DNA from: Alphaproteobacteria bacterium
GTDB lineage: Bacteria > Pseudomonadota > Alphaproteobacteria > JABAAW01
Assembly (NCBI GenBank): GCA_965216625.1
Contig: OZ244186.1
Coordinates: forward strand, 1,612,315-1,676,314
DNA: 64,000 bases
Direction: 5' to 3'
The notes under the pieces were generated by a model that was given only the letters and a program-made list of their open reading frames with translations, was not told the origin of the DNA and did not search any database. Numbering within the stretch: the stretch's first letter is position 1; every line of letters begins with the position of its first letter. Positions 10,920 through 19,914 of the stretch are shown in pieces. A program made the translations under genes and the position numbers.

Positions 10920-11522
10920 GTGGATATGTCTTCTATGCAAAATCAACCCCCCAAAGTCGCCATCGTCATGGGTAGTCGCTCAGACTATCCCACAATGAAG
11001 GAAGCCGTCGACATCCTGACACAATTCTCCGTGCCGCACGAAGAGCTCATCCTCTCCGCACACCGCACGCCCGAACGCCTGCGCGACTACGCGCACAACG
11101 CCGAGAAACGCGGCATCCAAACCATCATCGCCGGCGCAGGCGGAGCAGCGCATCTGCCCGGTATGCTCGCCGCCGAAACACCCCTGCCCGTCCTCGGCGT
11201 GCCAATCAAAAGCAACGCCCTGGACGGACTCGACGCGCTGCTCTCCATCGCCCAAATGCCGCGCGGCATACCCGTCGCAACCCTCTCTATCGGAGGAGCC
11301 GCCAACGCCGCCCTCTTCGCCATCGCCGTCTTGGCAGCTGGCGACGCAGAACTCAAACAACGCCTAGTAGAATTCCGAGAAGAACAAACCCAAAACGTAC
11401 CTTGGAAACCCTTCGACCCAAAAGATACAATCAACGGCTCCAAACCAAAAAGTTGGAAGGACAGTAGCAATGACGCAATGCCCAAAGGCACAGAAAATAC
11501 CCGCATTCCTGCGCACGCTTAA
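10920..11522 (+). CDS. purE: N5-CAIR mutase PurE
   Basis: IVMGSRSD, SAHRTP, AGAGGAAHLPG; start may be a few codons downstream. Confidence 0.96.
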   Translation: MDMSSMQNQPPKVAIVMGSRSDYPTMKEAVDILTQFSVPHEELILSAHRTPERLRDYAHNAEKRGIQTIIAGAGGAAHLPGMLAAETPLPVLGVPIKSNALDGLDALLSIAQMPRGIPVATLSIGGAANAALFAIAVLAAGDAELKQRLVEFREEQTQNVPWKPFDPKDTINGSKPKSWKDSSNDAMPKGTENTRIPAHA

Positions 11523-11553
11523 AAACTTTTCAGAACGCTAGTCGACGGCGAAA

Positions 11554-12648
11554 ATGACGACACTCGTTGGCATCGTCGGAGGCGGACAGCTCGCACGCTT
11601 GACCGCGCAAGCCGCAACCCGACTAGGACTGAAGACCGCCGTCTTCGCACCCGAACCCCTCGCGCCCGCTTTCGATACGGCGCAAACAATCTTTCGCGCC
11701 GAATACGACGACACTGCCATGCTCCAACGATTCGCCAAACGTTGCGATGTCGTCACTTGCGAGTTCGAAAATGTTCCCGTCAAAGCCCTCACCACTATCG
11801 AGGCACACGCAAAGCTCTGCCCCTCGGCTGCCGTCTTTGCTTGCGCGCAAGACCGCATTTTGGAAAAATCCTTTTTCGCCAAATGCTCTGTTCCCAGCGT
11901 GGCATGGCAAGCTGTCTCCAACCTCGCTGAGCTGACACGCGCGGTCGAAAAAATCTCGCTGCCCGTCCTGTTGAAACGCGCACGCGGCGGCTACGACGGC
12001 AAAGGACAAATCGAGATCGTCGAACAACGGCAACTCGCAGAAGCTTGGCAGAAAATAGCGATAGGCAAAAACGACACGCGCGCCATCGTCGAGCAAAAAG
12101 CAGACTTAGCATCCGAGTTTTCGCTGATCGCAGCCCGCAACATCGGTGGCGAGTGCGTCCTTTTTCCCGCAACCGAGAATCGTCACGAAGACGGCATTTT
12201 GCACGAAAGCCGCGTTCCCGCAACGCTGGAAGCAACAACCCTGGCACGCGCGCAAGCTTGGACGCGCACCCTAGCGGAGCGATTGGGGGTTGTGGGATTG
12301 CTTGCGGTCGAGTTTTTCCTGACGCGCGAGGGCGAGGTTTTGGCAAACGAAATGGCGCCGCGACCACATAATTCGGGACACTGGACGCTGGACGCAGCCC
12401 CCGTAAGCCAGTTCGAGCAGCTGCTACGCGCCATTCTGAACTGGCCATTGGGACACACTTCTAGCTTTTTACCCGCGCGCATGGTGAATCTGCTTGGCGA
12501 TTCGTGGCGAGACTACCACCGCTTTCTTGCCGACCCCGACGCTGCGCTGCATCTCTATGCAAAGCGCGAGACGCGCAAAGGGCGAAAGATGGGGCATGTG
12601 ACCTTTCGCTCGCTTGCGCACAAAAACTCAAACGCGGCAGAGACCTAA
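11554..12648 (+). CDS. purK: N5-CAIR synthetase PurK
   Basis: GGGQLAR, GYDGKGQ, NEMAPRPHNSGH, RKMGHV. Confidence 0.96.
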   Translation: MTTLVGIVGGGQLARLTAQAATRLGLKTAVFAPEPLAPAFDTAQTIFRAEYDDTAMLQRFAKRCDVVTCEFENVPVKALTTIEAHAKLCPSAAVFACAQDRILEKSFFAKCSVPSVAWQAVSNLAELTRAVEKISLPVLLKRARGGYDGKGQIEIVEQRQLAEAWQKIAIGKNDTRAIVEQKADLASEFSLIAARNIGGECVLFPATENRHEDGILHESRVPATLEATTLARAQAWTRTLAERLGVVGLLAVEFFLTREGEVLANEMAPRPHNSGHWTLDAAPVSQFEQLLRAILNWPLGHTSSFLPARMVNLLGDSWRDYHRFLADPDAALHLYAKRETRKGRKMGHVTFRSLAHKNSNAAET

Positions 12649-12671
12649 TAGGGTCACAATGAGAATCACCG

Positions 12672-13490
12672 ATGAGAATCGCTAAGCGCATCGCCGATAG
12701 CGGTGTCGCCTCGAGACGCGAAGCCGAGGCGATGATTTTAAGCGGGCGCGTAAGCGTCGATGGCAAGCCGCTCGGCTCGCCTGCGTACAATGTTGAGGAA
12801 GGGGCTGTGATCACGCTGGACGGAGACCCTCTGCCGCGTTCCAAGCCGCTCCAACTCTACCTATTCTACAAACCGCGCGAGGTTTTGACGGCACGCATCG
12901 ACGAGCGAGGGCAAAGCATCCATCCGACTTACTCGGACGCCTATCCGCAAACCCACTCGTACACCCACACGCGCACCTGCTTGCCCGATCTGCTGCCTCG
13001 CTCGCTTGCGCGTCTGAAGCCTGTAGGAAGGCTCGACTTTTTGTCCGAGGGGCTGCTGCTACTCACGACCTCGGGCAAGCTCGCGCGACATTTTGAGCTG
13101 CCGCAGAACGCGTGGCAACGACGCTATCGCTTGCGCTTGCACGGAATTCAAGAGGGGCAGACGGGCGAGCAGTCACTTTTGCGATTCGAAAATCTCAAAC
13201 GCGGTATCGAGATCGAGGGCGTGCGTTACCGCGCTGTCTCGGTCGTTGTCCAAAAGCCTCAACAGAAACGCGCCACCGAGCGAGCGAACTTTTGGGTAGA
13301 GGCGACCTTGAGCGAGGGCAAAAACCGCGAGCTCAGAAAAATCATGCGAGAGCTCGGATACAATGTTTCGCGCCTGATCAGAACGCACTACGGACCTTTC
13401 GCCTTGGAGGGATTGGCGCAAGGCGCGCATAAGCGTGTTGAGGAAAAAGAGTTGCGCGCGCTGTTGGGGCAGAAGTGGCAGGCTTTCTAG
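12672..13490 (+). CDS. rluB: rRNA pseudouridine synthase (RluB/RsuA family, S4 domain)
   Basis: RIAKRIADSGVASRREAE, VGRLDFLSEGLLLLT, EGKNRELR. Confidence 0.85.
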   Translation: MRIAKRIADSGVASRREAEAMILSGRVSVDGKPLGSPAYNVEEGAVITLDGDPLPRSKPLQLYLFYKPREVLTARIDERGQSIHPTYSDAYPQTHSYTHTRTCLPDLLPRSLARLKPVGRLDFLSEGLLLLTTSGKLARHFELPQNAWQRRYRLRLHGIQEGQTGEQSLLRFENLKRGIEIEGVRYRAVSVVVQKPQQKRATERANFWVEATLSEGKNRELRKIMRELGYNVSRLIRTHYGPFALEGLAQGAHKRVEEKELRALLGQKWQAF

Positions 13491-14203
13491 AGTTGCTACA
13501 CGTGCGACACAAACAACGAGCCTCCGCACTTCGAGCGATCCGCCAAGCCCCGCGCTTGTTGGGAGGCGTGCGACGCGGCTTCGTTTTGCAAACAAGCGCA
13601 AAAGATGGAAAGAGAGAGGGAGAAGGAAAAGAAATGCGTCCGACGGCGGTGCGAGCGCGCAAGGCATTGTTTGACGCGCTGACGCATCGTGCTTCTTTGC
13701 GTGTGAATTTCACGGCAGAAGAGAAATCTTGCGGAGAGAATTCTTGTTGGCTTTTGGATGCTTTTGCCGGGAGCGGTGCTTTGGGGTTGGAGGCGCTCAG
13801 CCGATGGCAAGGATATAACAAAGAACATAACGAAGGGGATAACGAAGGATGCGGTATTTTTTTCGAGGGCGATGCTGTCATGGCGCGAGTGTTGCGTGGC
13901 AATATCGAGCGCAGTGGTTTGGGGGGTCGTGTTGTTTGTCGTGATGCGATGGCAGCTGGCGAAGCAAGGGAACGGGGAGCGATTCGACTAGCTTTCTTTG
14001 ATCCTCCTTACGCGATGTCCGATGAGGAGGCTGCGCGCGCTCCTGCGGCATTTGCGAAGGGGGGATGGTTTAGCGGGGGTGCGCTTGTTGTTTTTCAGCG
14101 TGCGGCGGGGGGGGAGGAGTTGTTGTTGGGGGAGGAGTTTGTTTTGCTGGGCGATTTGCTGGCGTCTTCTGCGCGCTTTTTCTTCTTTCGTTACAAGGGC
14201 TAG
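13475..14203 (+). CDS. rsmD: 16S rRNA m2G966 methyltransferase RsmD
   Basis: MRPTAVRARKALFD, LDAFAGSGALGLEALSR, FFDPPY; start uncertain. Confidence 0.85.
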   Translation: MAGFLELLHVRHKQRASALRAIRQAPRLLGGVRRGFVLQTSAKDGKREGEGKEMRPTAVRARKALFDALTHRASLRVNFTAEEKSCGENSCWLLDAFAGSGALGLEALSRWQGYNKEHNEGDNEGCGIFFEGDAVMARVLRGNIERSGLGGRVVCRDAMAAGEARERGAIRLAFFDPPYAMSDEEAARAPAAFAKGGWFSGGALVVFQRAAGGEELLLGEEFVLLGDLLASSARFFFFRYKG

Positions 14204-14204
14204 A

Positions 14205-14420
14205 GAGTGCGCTAGCGCACGACAAGTCGTGCGCTCCGCTGACGCGGGGTCTTTTGCGGGGGAACTTCGTCCCCCCACACCCCCCATGCGCAAAACTCAC
14301 TTCGCCTTACGGCTCGCTCGTCTTGCGTTTTTCCTTCGTTATAAAAAGCCCGTCACGCGTTCGCACGCGCGCGCATGTTTACGCCCGTAAAGTCTACAAC
14401 GCGCGTCCATGATGTTTGCT
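14205..14420 (+). repeat. Hairpin-rich modular intergenic repeat, copy A
   Basis: Core CCGCTGACGCGGGGTCTTTTGCG at 14236-14258 shared with copies at ~19.8, 23.9, 57.0 and 58.3 kb; downstream part nearly matches the reverse complement of 19740-19833. Confidence 0.85.
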
Positions 14421-14993
14421 ACGCGCGCGCGCATACTCCGCAAGCACGCGCGGATAAAGCCGATGCTCCAACACAAGCACCCGCTCCGCCAAACTCTCAG
14501 GCGAATCGCTTTCGCTAATATCTAACCGCTCCTGCCCCAAAACCTCGCCCCCATCCAACTCCTCCGTCACAACATGAACGCTACACCCATGCTCCCGATA
14601 CCCCCCCTCAAGCGCACGGCGATGCGTCGAAAGCCCACGCAACCTCGGCAATAACGAAGGATGAATGTTGAGAATACAACCCCGCCAACGCGCCACAAAC
14701 CCCCCTGAAAGCAATCGCATAAACCCCGCCAAGCAGACGATCTCTACATCACGCTCCCCCAACATACGATCAACCACCTGCTCGAATTGCTCTTTCCCCA
14801 GCGCGTCGTAGTCGACAACCTCGCTGGGAATGCCTGCCTTTTTGGCGATCTCGCAACCCCCCGCCACACAGTCAGCAATAACCAACACGATAGAGCAAGG
14901 AAACTTCGGCTTTTGAGCCGCCCGTATCAAAGCCCCAAGGTTCGATCCCCGCCCCGAAATCAACACGGCAACGCGACACTTCAAGGCTGACAA
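14394..14993 (-). CDS. purN: Phosphoribosylglycinamide formyltransferase
   Basis: LISGRGSNL, CLAGFMRLL, ILNIHPSLLP, GCSVHVV. Confidence 0.96.
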   Translation of the reverse strand: MSALKCRVAVLISGRGSNLGALIRAAQKPKFPCSIVLVIADCVAGGCEIAKKAGIPSEVVDYDALGKEQFEQVVDRMLGERDVEIVCLAGFMRLLSGGFVARWRGCILNIHPSLLPRLRGLSTHRRALEGGYREHGCSVHVVTEELDGGEVLGQERLDISESDSPESLAERVLVLEHRLYPRVLAEYARARSKHHGRAL

Positions 14994-15004
14994 GTCGTTG
15001 GTCG

Positions 15005-16102
15005 TTATCCGTCCTGAAACTCAACGAAAGGCTTCGCGTTGGAATCGGCATGAGAATTATCATCGCCCATCTTCTCGACAACCCCAACCTCGACGACCTT
15101 CTCTCCCGCTGCCTTCGCCGCCGTAAAAAAATCATCGCGCTTGGCAGGAGGAACAGCGACAACAAGCCCCGCTCCGCAGTTGAAGACACGACGCATCTCA
15201 CTCTCGGCAATGTTGCCCGCCTGCTGCAAGCGCACAAAAACTTCAGGACGCACCACCGCCCGCATATCAACCACCGCTCGCTGCCCGCCTTGCAAGATAC
15301 GCGGCAGATTGTCCTCAATCCCCCCGCCCGTGATGTGCGCGATCCCCGAAACCAACCCTTTTTCGATCCACGGCGCACAAACCTTGTTGTAGATACGCGT
15401 AGGCTTTAACAGCATTTGGATAAAATCTTTGTCCTTTTTAAGCGCGGGATTTTTATCCAACACAGCACGCACGAGCGAAAAACCGTTGGCATGCACACCG
15501 CTGGAGGGTACGACAAAAAGCCTATCGCCTGCCTCTACATGCGCTTTGCGAAAGGAAGCATCGCGCTCTACCGCGCCGAGCACAAATCCTGCGAGGTCGA
15601 AATCTCCTTTAGGGTAGAAGCCCGGCATCTGCGCGGTCTCGCCGCCGACGAGCGCGCACCCCGCCTGCGCGCAACCCTCGGCGATGGATTCCATCACCTG
15701 TTTTTGCAAGGTTGGCGAGATAGAGGCGTAGGCGAAATAATCGAGAAACGCCAATGGCTGCGCACCATCTTTGAGCAGATCGTTTGCGCACATGGCGACC
15801 AAGTCGATGCCTACCCCTTCGCAAGCCTGCGCCTCGATAGCGAGGAGCAACTTCGTGCCGACCCCGTCGCACGCCATGACGAGGATCGGATCGCGGAAAC
15901 CCGCCGCCTTCGGATCAAAGGATGCGCCAAAGCCTCCAAGAGACGACACAGCGCGATCAGAAAACGACGCACCCTCGCTCGTCCTTTGAGCCAGCGGCGC
16001 GAGCGTCTCCTCGACAAAGCGATTGCCTTCCTCGACATCGACCCCCCCATCGTCACGATAATTTAAGCCAGAGCCTAAAGAAGGCTCGTATCTGTCTTCC
16101 AT
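15005..16102 (-). CDS. purM: AIR synthetase
   Basis: DGVGTKL, GIDLVAMCAND, GGETAQMPG, HITGGG. Confidence 0.96.
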   Translation of the reverse strand: MEDRYEPSLGSGLNYRDDGGVDVEEGNRFVEETLAPLAQRTSEGASFSDRAVSSLGGFGASFDPKAAGFRDPILVMACDGVGTKLLLAIEAQACEGVGIDLVAMCANDLLKDGAQPLAFLDYFAYASISPTLQKQVMESIAEGCAQAGCALVGGETAQMPGFYPKGDFDLAGFVLGAVERDASFRKAHVEAGDRLFVVPSSGVHANGFSLVRAVLDKNPALKKDKDFIQMLLKPTRIYNKVCAPWIEKGLVSGIAHITGGGIEDNLPRILQGGQRAVVDMRAVVRPEVFVRLQQAGNIAESEMRRVFNCGAGLVVAVPPAKRDDFFTAAKAAGEKVVEVGVVEKMGDDNSHADSNAKPFVEFQDG

Positions 16103-16334
16103 AGATAAAAACAAAAGTTGTTTTTATGTTCTCCAACCTATTTTTAGCACTAAACGCTGTCCTTTAGCCACCACCCAAAATTATCGTCTTGTCTTCAAAA
16201 ATTTAGAGTGTTTGATTCGTTTTTGGTTGGTTTTTGCCTCAAATTTGCATTTTAGCTGCTTGAAGTTATCCCCATCTTTTTCAAGAGCCTATTGTATTAT
16301 AGTAGGCTCGCCCTCTCAAATGGGAGATTTCTTC

Positions 16335-17606
16335 ATGCCGACAAATTTTCTTCGCTCCCTTCTTTTCTTCCTCTCGCTGTGGCTGCTGACGACAAACGCG
16401 CAAGCACAGCAGAACAGGCTGGAAGAAGCGTTGCTGGTCTCCCTGCCCGTCAGCGTCGAGGCTACCATCGAGCAGGAGGGTAAGAAGAAAGTAGCAAGCC
16501 TCGCGCTACGCGTAACCTTCGCAGAGGTTTTGCACCGATTCGTCGTCGACGAGGAACGCGCGCGCGCGCTCGCACAAAGCTTGTCGGAAAAACACATCCG
16601 CGCGCTCAGCGAAACGCTGATCGTTGAAACCACAAGCTTCGATGGCAAAAATTTCACAGGACAAGCCAGCGTCCGTTTCGTCTTGAAGAAACTTTTCGCG
16701 CGCCTGCATAAAGAAGGGCTACAAGTCTCCTTTACCATAGCTCCATCGTTCGTGCTGATTCCCATCTTCGTGCGTGCAGAGAAAACAGAATTGTGGCCGC
16801 CGCAAAATCCATGGCTGAGCGCGTGGAAGACAGAAAGCACCGACAAGAGCTGGCTCGTTCCGATCACGCCGATCGAGGCGAACGCCGCCGAAAGGCTTGC
16901 CGTGCTCGATGCCGTCAAGGACTTGCAATCGATGCAGGCAGCCCTGCTCGCTAAGCAGTATCGCGCGCAAGGGATCGCCCTGCTCAAAGCGACGCTCCAC
17001 ACCGATGCGGAAGATCCCTCTGTCCTCACGCTGAGCGTGAGCGGGCAGCTGAACCAAGCGGGTTTTCCTTCCGAGCTGCCTCCTTTTTCCGTCGTGTCGA
17101 ACAGCGCGAACGAAAGCCAAAACAAGCAAGAGGGCGAGCAAGAAGACGAACAGGAGGGCGGGCAAGAAGACGAACAAGAGGGCGGGCAAGAAGACGAACA
17201 AGAGGGCGGGCAAGAAGACGAGCCGGAGGGCGAGCAAGATGGTGGAGACTCGCTCCTCCTTGCCGCCCTGCTCTCGCAAGCGCGCACCGAGACGCTGTAT
17301 CGTCTGAATCGCCTTTGGAAAGAGCAGGCTGCGCACGAGGCAAAACGCCACAGGCTGAGCGTCATCGCCGAGCTGCGCTCGCGCGAAGAGTGGACGGCTG
17401 TCGAGGGAGTGCTTTCCGCAACCCCTGAACTCGTCGAATACGGCTTACGCAGCCTCTCCGCGCGACAGGCGCATGTTGTCGCCTATCACTACGGCTCGCC
17501 AAGATTGTTGAGAGCAGCCTTGACTCGACGAGGGCTCATCGTCGGCAGCACGAAGGATGGCGACCTTACTGTAAAACTTGCCGCAAAAATTTCTGTTGTG
17601 CCATGA
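16335..17606 (+). CDS. DUF2066-like exported protein with acidic repeat insert
   Basis: Signal peptide, NPWLSAW motif, divergent from purM and upstream of AI-2E gene as is usual in alphaproteobacteria. Confidence 0.65.
   Translation: MPTNFLRSLLFFLSLWLLTTNAQAQQNRLEEALLVSLPVSVEATIEQEGKKKVASLALRVTFAEVLHRFVVDEERARALAQSLSEKHIRALSETLIVETTSFDGKNFTGQASVRFVLKKLFARLHKEGLQVSFTIAPSFVLIPIFVRAEKTELWPPQNPWLSAWKTESTDKSWLVPITPIEANAAERLAVLDAVKDLQSMQAALLAKQYRAQGIALLKATLHTDAEDPSVLTLSVSGQLNQAGFPSELPPFSVVSNSANESQNKQEGEQEDEQEGGQEDEQEGGQEDEQEGGQEDEPEGEQDGGDSLLLAALLSQARTETLYRLNRLWKEQAAHEAKRHRLSVIAELRSREEWTAVEGVLSATPELVEYGLRSLSARQAHVVAYHYGSPRLLRAALTRRGLIVGSTKDGDLTVKLAAKISVVP
17127..17240 (+). repeat. In-frame 24-bp tandem repeat (QEDEQEGG)
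   Basis: CAAGAAGACGAACAAGAGGGCGGG units, about 4-5 imperfect copies. Confidence 0.9.
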
Positions 17607-18766
17607 CCGCAAAATCTGAGCGAAGACGTCCTCCCTCAACCGAGTCTCATAAGCCGCGCTGGACGCGCGTCTTGTGGTGGGGCGCGTGGTGCACGAGCCT
17701 GAGTTTGCTCTTCTTGTTATTGGGCAACATTCTTGCGCCCTTCGTCTTCGCCTTCGTGCTGGCGTGGATGCTGAACCCTCTCTGTACGCGGATCGCAAAA
17801 CATTTGACAAGGATCGCAGTACCTCCTTCCCTCTGTCGTGCGCTGGCAGCTTTGCTGTTAACGCTCGTGTTGCTCGCGTTGCTTGTCTTGCTGCTTTCGG
17901 CAACGCTGCCCGCTCTTCTACGCGAGACGCTGCAGCTGGTGGCAGCCTTGCCGAAAATCGCAACAACCCTGCAGGACAAAGCGCAACGACTAGCAGAGAC
18001 AATTCCTTGGGTGAACCAATGGCAGCAAATGCTGCTGCCCGCATGGGAGAGAGCGCGAGACCTCGATTCAAACGCTTTACCGAACTTATCGCCGAACCTT
18101 TCGCAATTGCACAACCTTTCACAACAAGCTTTGCGCCTGACCTCGCAAGCGCTACAGACGCTGGGGCAACAGACCTCGTCGGTCGTGGCGGTGTTGTCGT
18201 GGTTTGCGCTCGTGCCGTTTGCAACCTTCTACATGCTGAAGGATTGGACGCAAGCGATGCAGGCTTGTCGCAAACGCATTCCTCGTGCCGAGCAGCACTT
18301 GCTCGCGCTTTTTCGACGCATCGACGAGACGCTTTCCGCACTGATTCGCGGGCAAGCTGCGGTGCTAGGCACGATGGCACTCTTCTATGCAACCTTGCTC
18401 TCGATCGTGGGATTGCCTTACGGATTTGCGATCGGCATCGCGGCGGGACTGCTGATGGTGTTGCCCTATGTCGGCATGCTGTTGGGGCTAAGCACTGCGC
18501 TTATCGTTGCCTATGTGCAAGGCGGCTTCGACCTGCTCTTCTTGCTGACTGCGCTCGTCTTTATTGTCGGACAATTGCTCGAAAGCTATTTTCTCACGCC
18601 GCGCTGGGTGGGAAAGCGCGTCGGATTGCATCCTCTGTGGGTTATCTTCTTTGTGCTTGCTGGCGGTGAGATTGCCGGCTTTACGGGAATCCTGCTTGCT
18701 TTGCCGATGGGGGCTACGCTACGCGCTATCCTTGCGCACATCGACGAACAGGCTCGCAGCTCTTGA
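17603..18766 (+). CDS. AI-2E family (PerM-like) transporter
   Basis: ILAPFVFAFVLAWMLNP, LESYFLTPRWVG, GLHPLWVI. Confidence 0.9.
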   Translation: MTAKSERRRPPSTESHKPRWTRVLWWGAWCTSLSLLFLLLGNILAPFVFAFVLAWMLNPLCTRIAKHLTRIAVPPSLCRALAALLLTLVLLALLVLLLSATLPALLRETLQLVAALPKIATTLQDKAQRLAETIPWVNQWQQMLLPAWERARDLDSNALPNLSPNLSQLHNLSQQALRLTSQALQTLGQQTSSVVAVLSWFALVPFATFYMLKDWTQAMQACRKRIPRAEQHLLALFRRIDETLSALIRGQAAVLGTMALFYATLLSIVGLPYGFAIGIAAGLLMVLPYVGMLLGLSTALIVAYVQGGFDLLFLLTALVFIVGQLLESYFLTPRWVGKRVGLHPLWVIFFVLAGGEIAGFTGILLALPMGATLRAILAHIDEQARSS

Positions 18767-18823
18767 GCTGGATAACGCTTGATTGGCGCGACGTTTGATT
18801 GACGCAGATTTGAAGGATTGGCG

Positions 18824-19603
18824 ATGGCACAAGGTGCGCAACACAATCTTCCTCTACCTGATACGCGGGGGGAGGGATTTGAGGAAAAACATTTCTTGCG
18901 GTTGCAAGCCAACAGCGAGGCGTTGGATGCATTGCTCGCTTGGCAAACAAGCAGCCACGCTCTCAGTCAACCTTGCAGCCACGCTCTCAGTCAACCTTGC
19001 AGTCAACCTTGCGAACAATCTTCGAGCGTGCCGAGTGCTCCACGCATCGAGGCTTTGTGTGGTGCTGCGAAGTGTGGCAAGTCGCACTTGGGGGAGATAT
19101 GGTGTTCGCGCAATGGTGCGCGTGCGGTCACGCCGTCTTTGTTGGTGCATGGGTTAGGGGAGGTATCTGATGGGGCTTTGTGGCTTGATTTTTCGGCGAG
19201 CGAGGATCCTGGCAAGGTAGGCATGACGCAGGATTTGGAGCGTGCGCTTTACGCGCTTTATAATGGGGTTATGCATAGTGTTGGGGGTTCTTTGTTGATC
19301 ACGGCGCGGAGCGAGCCTAGTCGATGGAGATTTTTGTTAGCGGATTTACGCTCGCGGATGCGTGCGGTTGTTGTGAGGCGCATTGGGGATCCGAGTGATG
19401 GGGACAGCGCGCGATTATTGGAGAGGATTTTCCGCACGCGTCAATTGGAGGTTGATCCGCGTGTTTATGCTTATGTGCATCGTCGTATTGAGCGGAGTTT
19501 TCGGGCGCATCATGCGATTGCGGAGGAGTTGGATACTTTGAGTTTGTTGCATAAGCGAAAGATCACTTTGCCTTTTGTGGCGCGTTATTTCGAGCGCGCG
19601 TAG
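18824..19603 (+). CDS. hda: DnaA regulatory inactivator HdaA
   Basis: N-terminal QHNLPL clamp-binding-like motif, Walker A GAAKCGKSHL, DLRSRM, RRIERSF; position after purM/AI-2E. Confidence 0.85.
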   Translation: MAQGAQHNLPLPDTRGEGFEEKHFLRLQANSEALDALLAWQTSSHALSQPCSHALSQPCSQPCEQSSSVPSAPRIEALCGAAKCGKSHLGEIWCSRNGARAVTPSLLVHGLGEVSDGALWLDFSASEDPGKVGMTQDLERALYALYNGVMHSVGGSLLITARSEPSRWRFLLADLRSRMRAVVVRRIGDPSDGDSARLLERIFRTRQLEVDPRVYAYVHRRIERSFRAHHAIAEELDTLSLLHKRKITLPFVARYFERA

Positions 19604-19912
19604 CACTGCGTGCTTTTTTGCGGGGGGTGTAGGGGTCGCACATGACGGATTTTTTGTATTGACGGGCGCAAAACATCGCGTGCGCTGGCGCACGCGGGAG
19701 GATGTATGGTTGTAAATGACGGATTTTTTGTATTGACGGAGACGCAAGACGAGCGAGCCGTAGGCGTAGCGAGTTTTGCGCATGGGGGGAGGGGGGGGAC
19801 GAAGTCCCCCCGCAAAAGACCCCGCGTCAGCGGGGCGCGTAAGCGCCTTCTACGCATCGCGCGCGTAGCGCGAGATGCGTAGCCTCTTATTCCCAAGCGC
19901 GCGCCCGTTCCC
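19604..19912 (-). repeat. Hairpin-rich modular intergenic repeat, copy B (reverse)
   Basis: CGCAAAAGACCCCGCGTCAGCGG at 19811-19833; GTAGCCTCTTATT near 19880-19892; internal duplicate ATGACGGATTTTTTGTATTGACGG. Confidence 0.85.
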
Positions 19913-19914
19913 CT

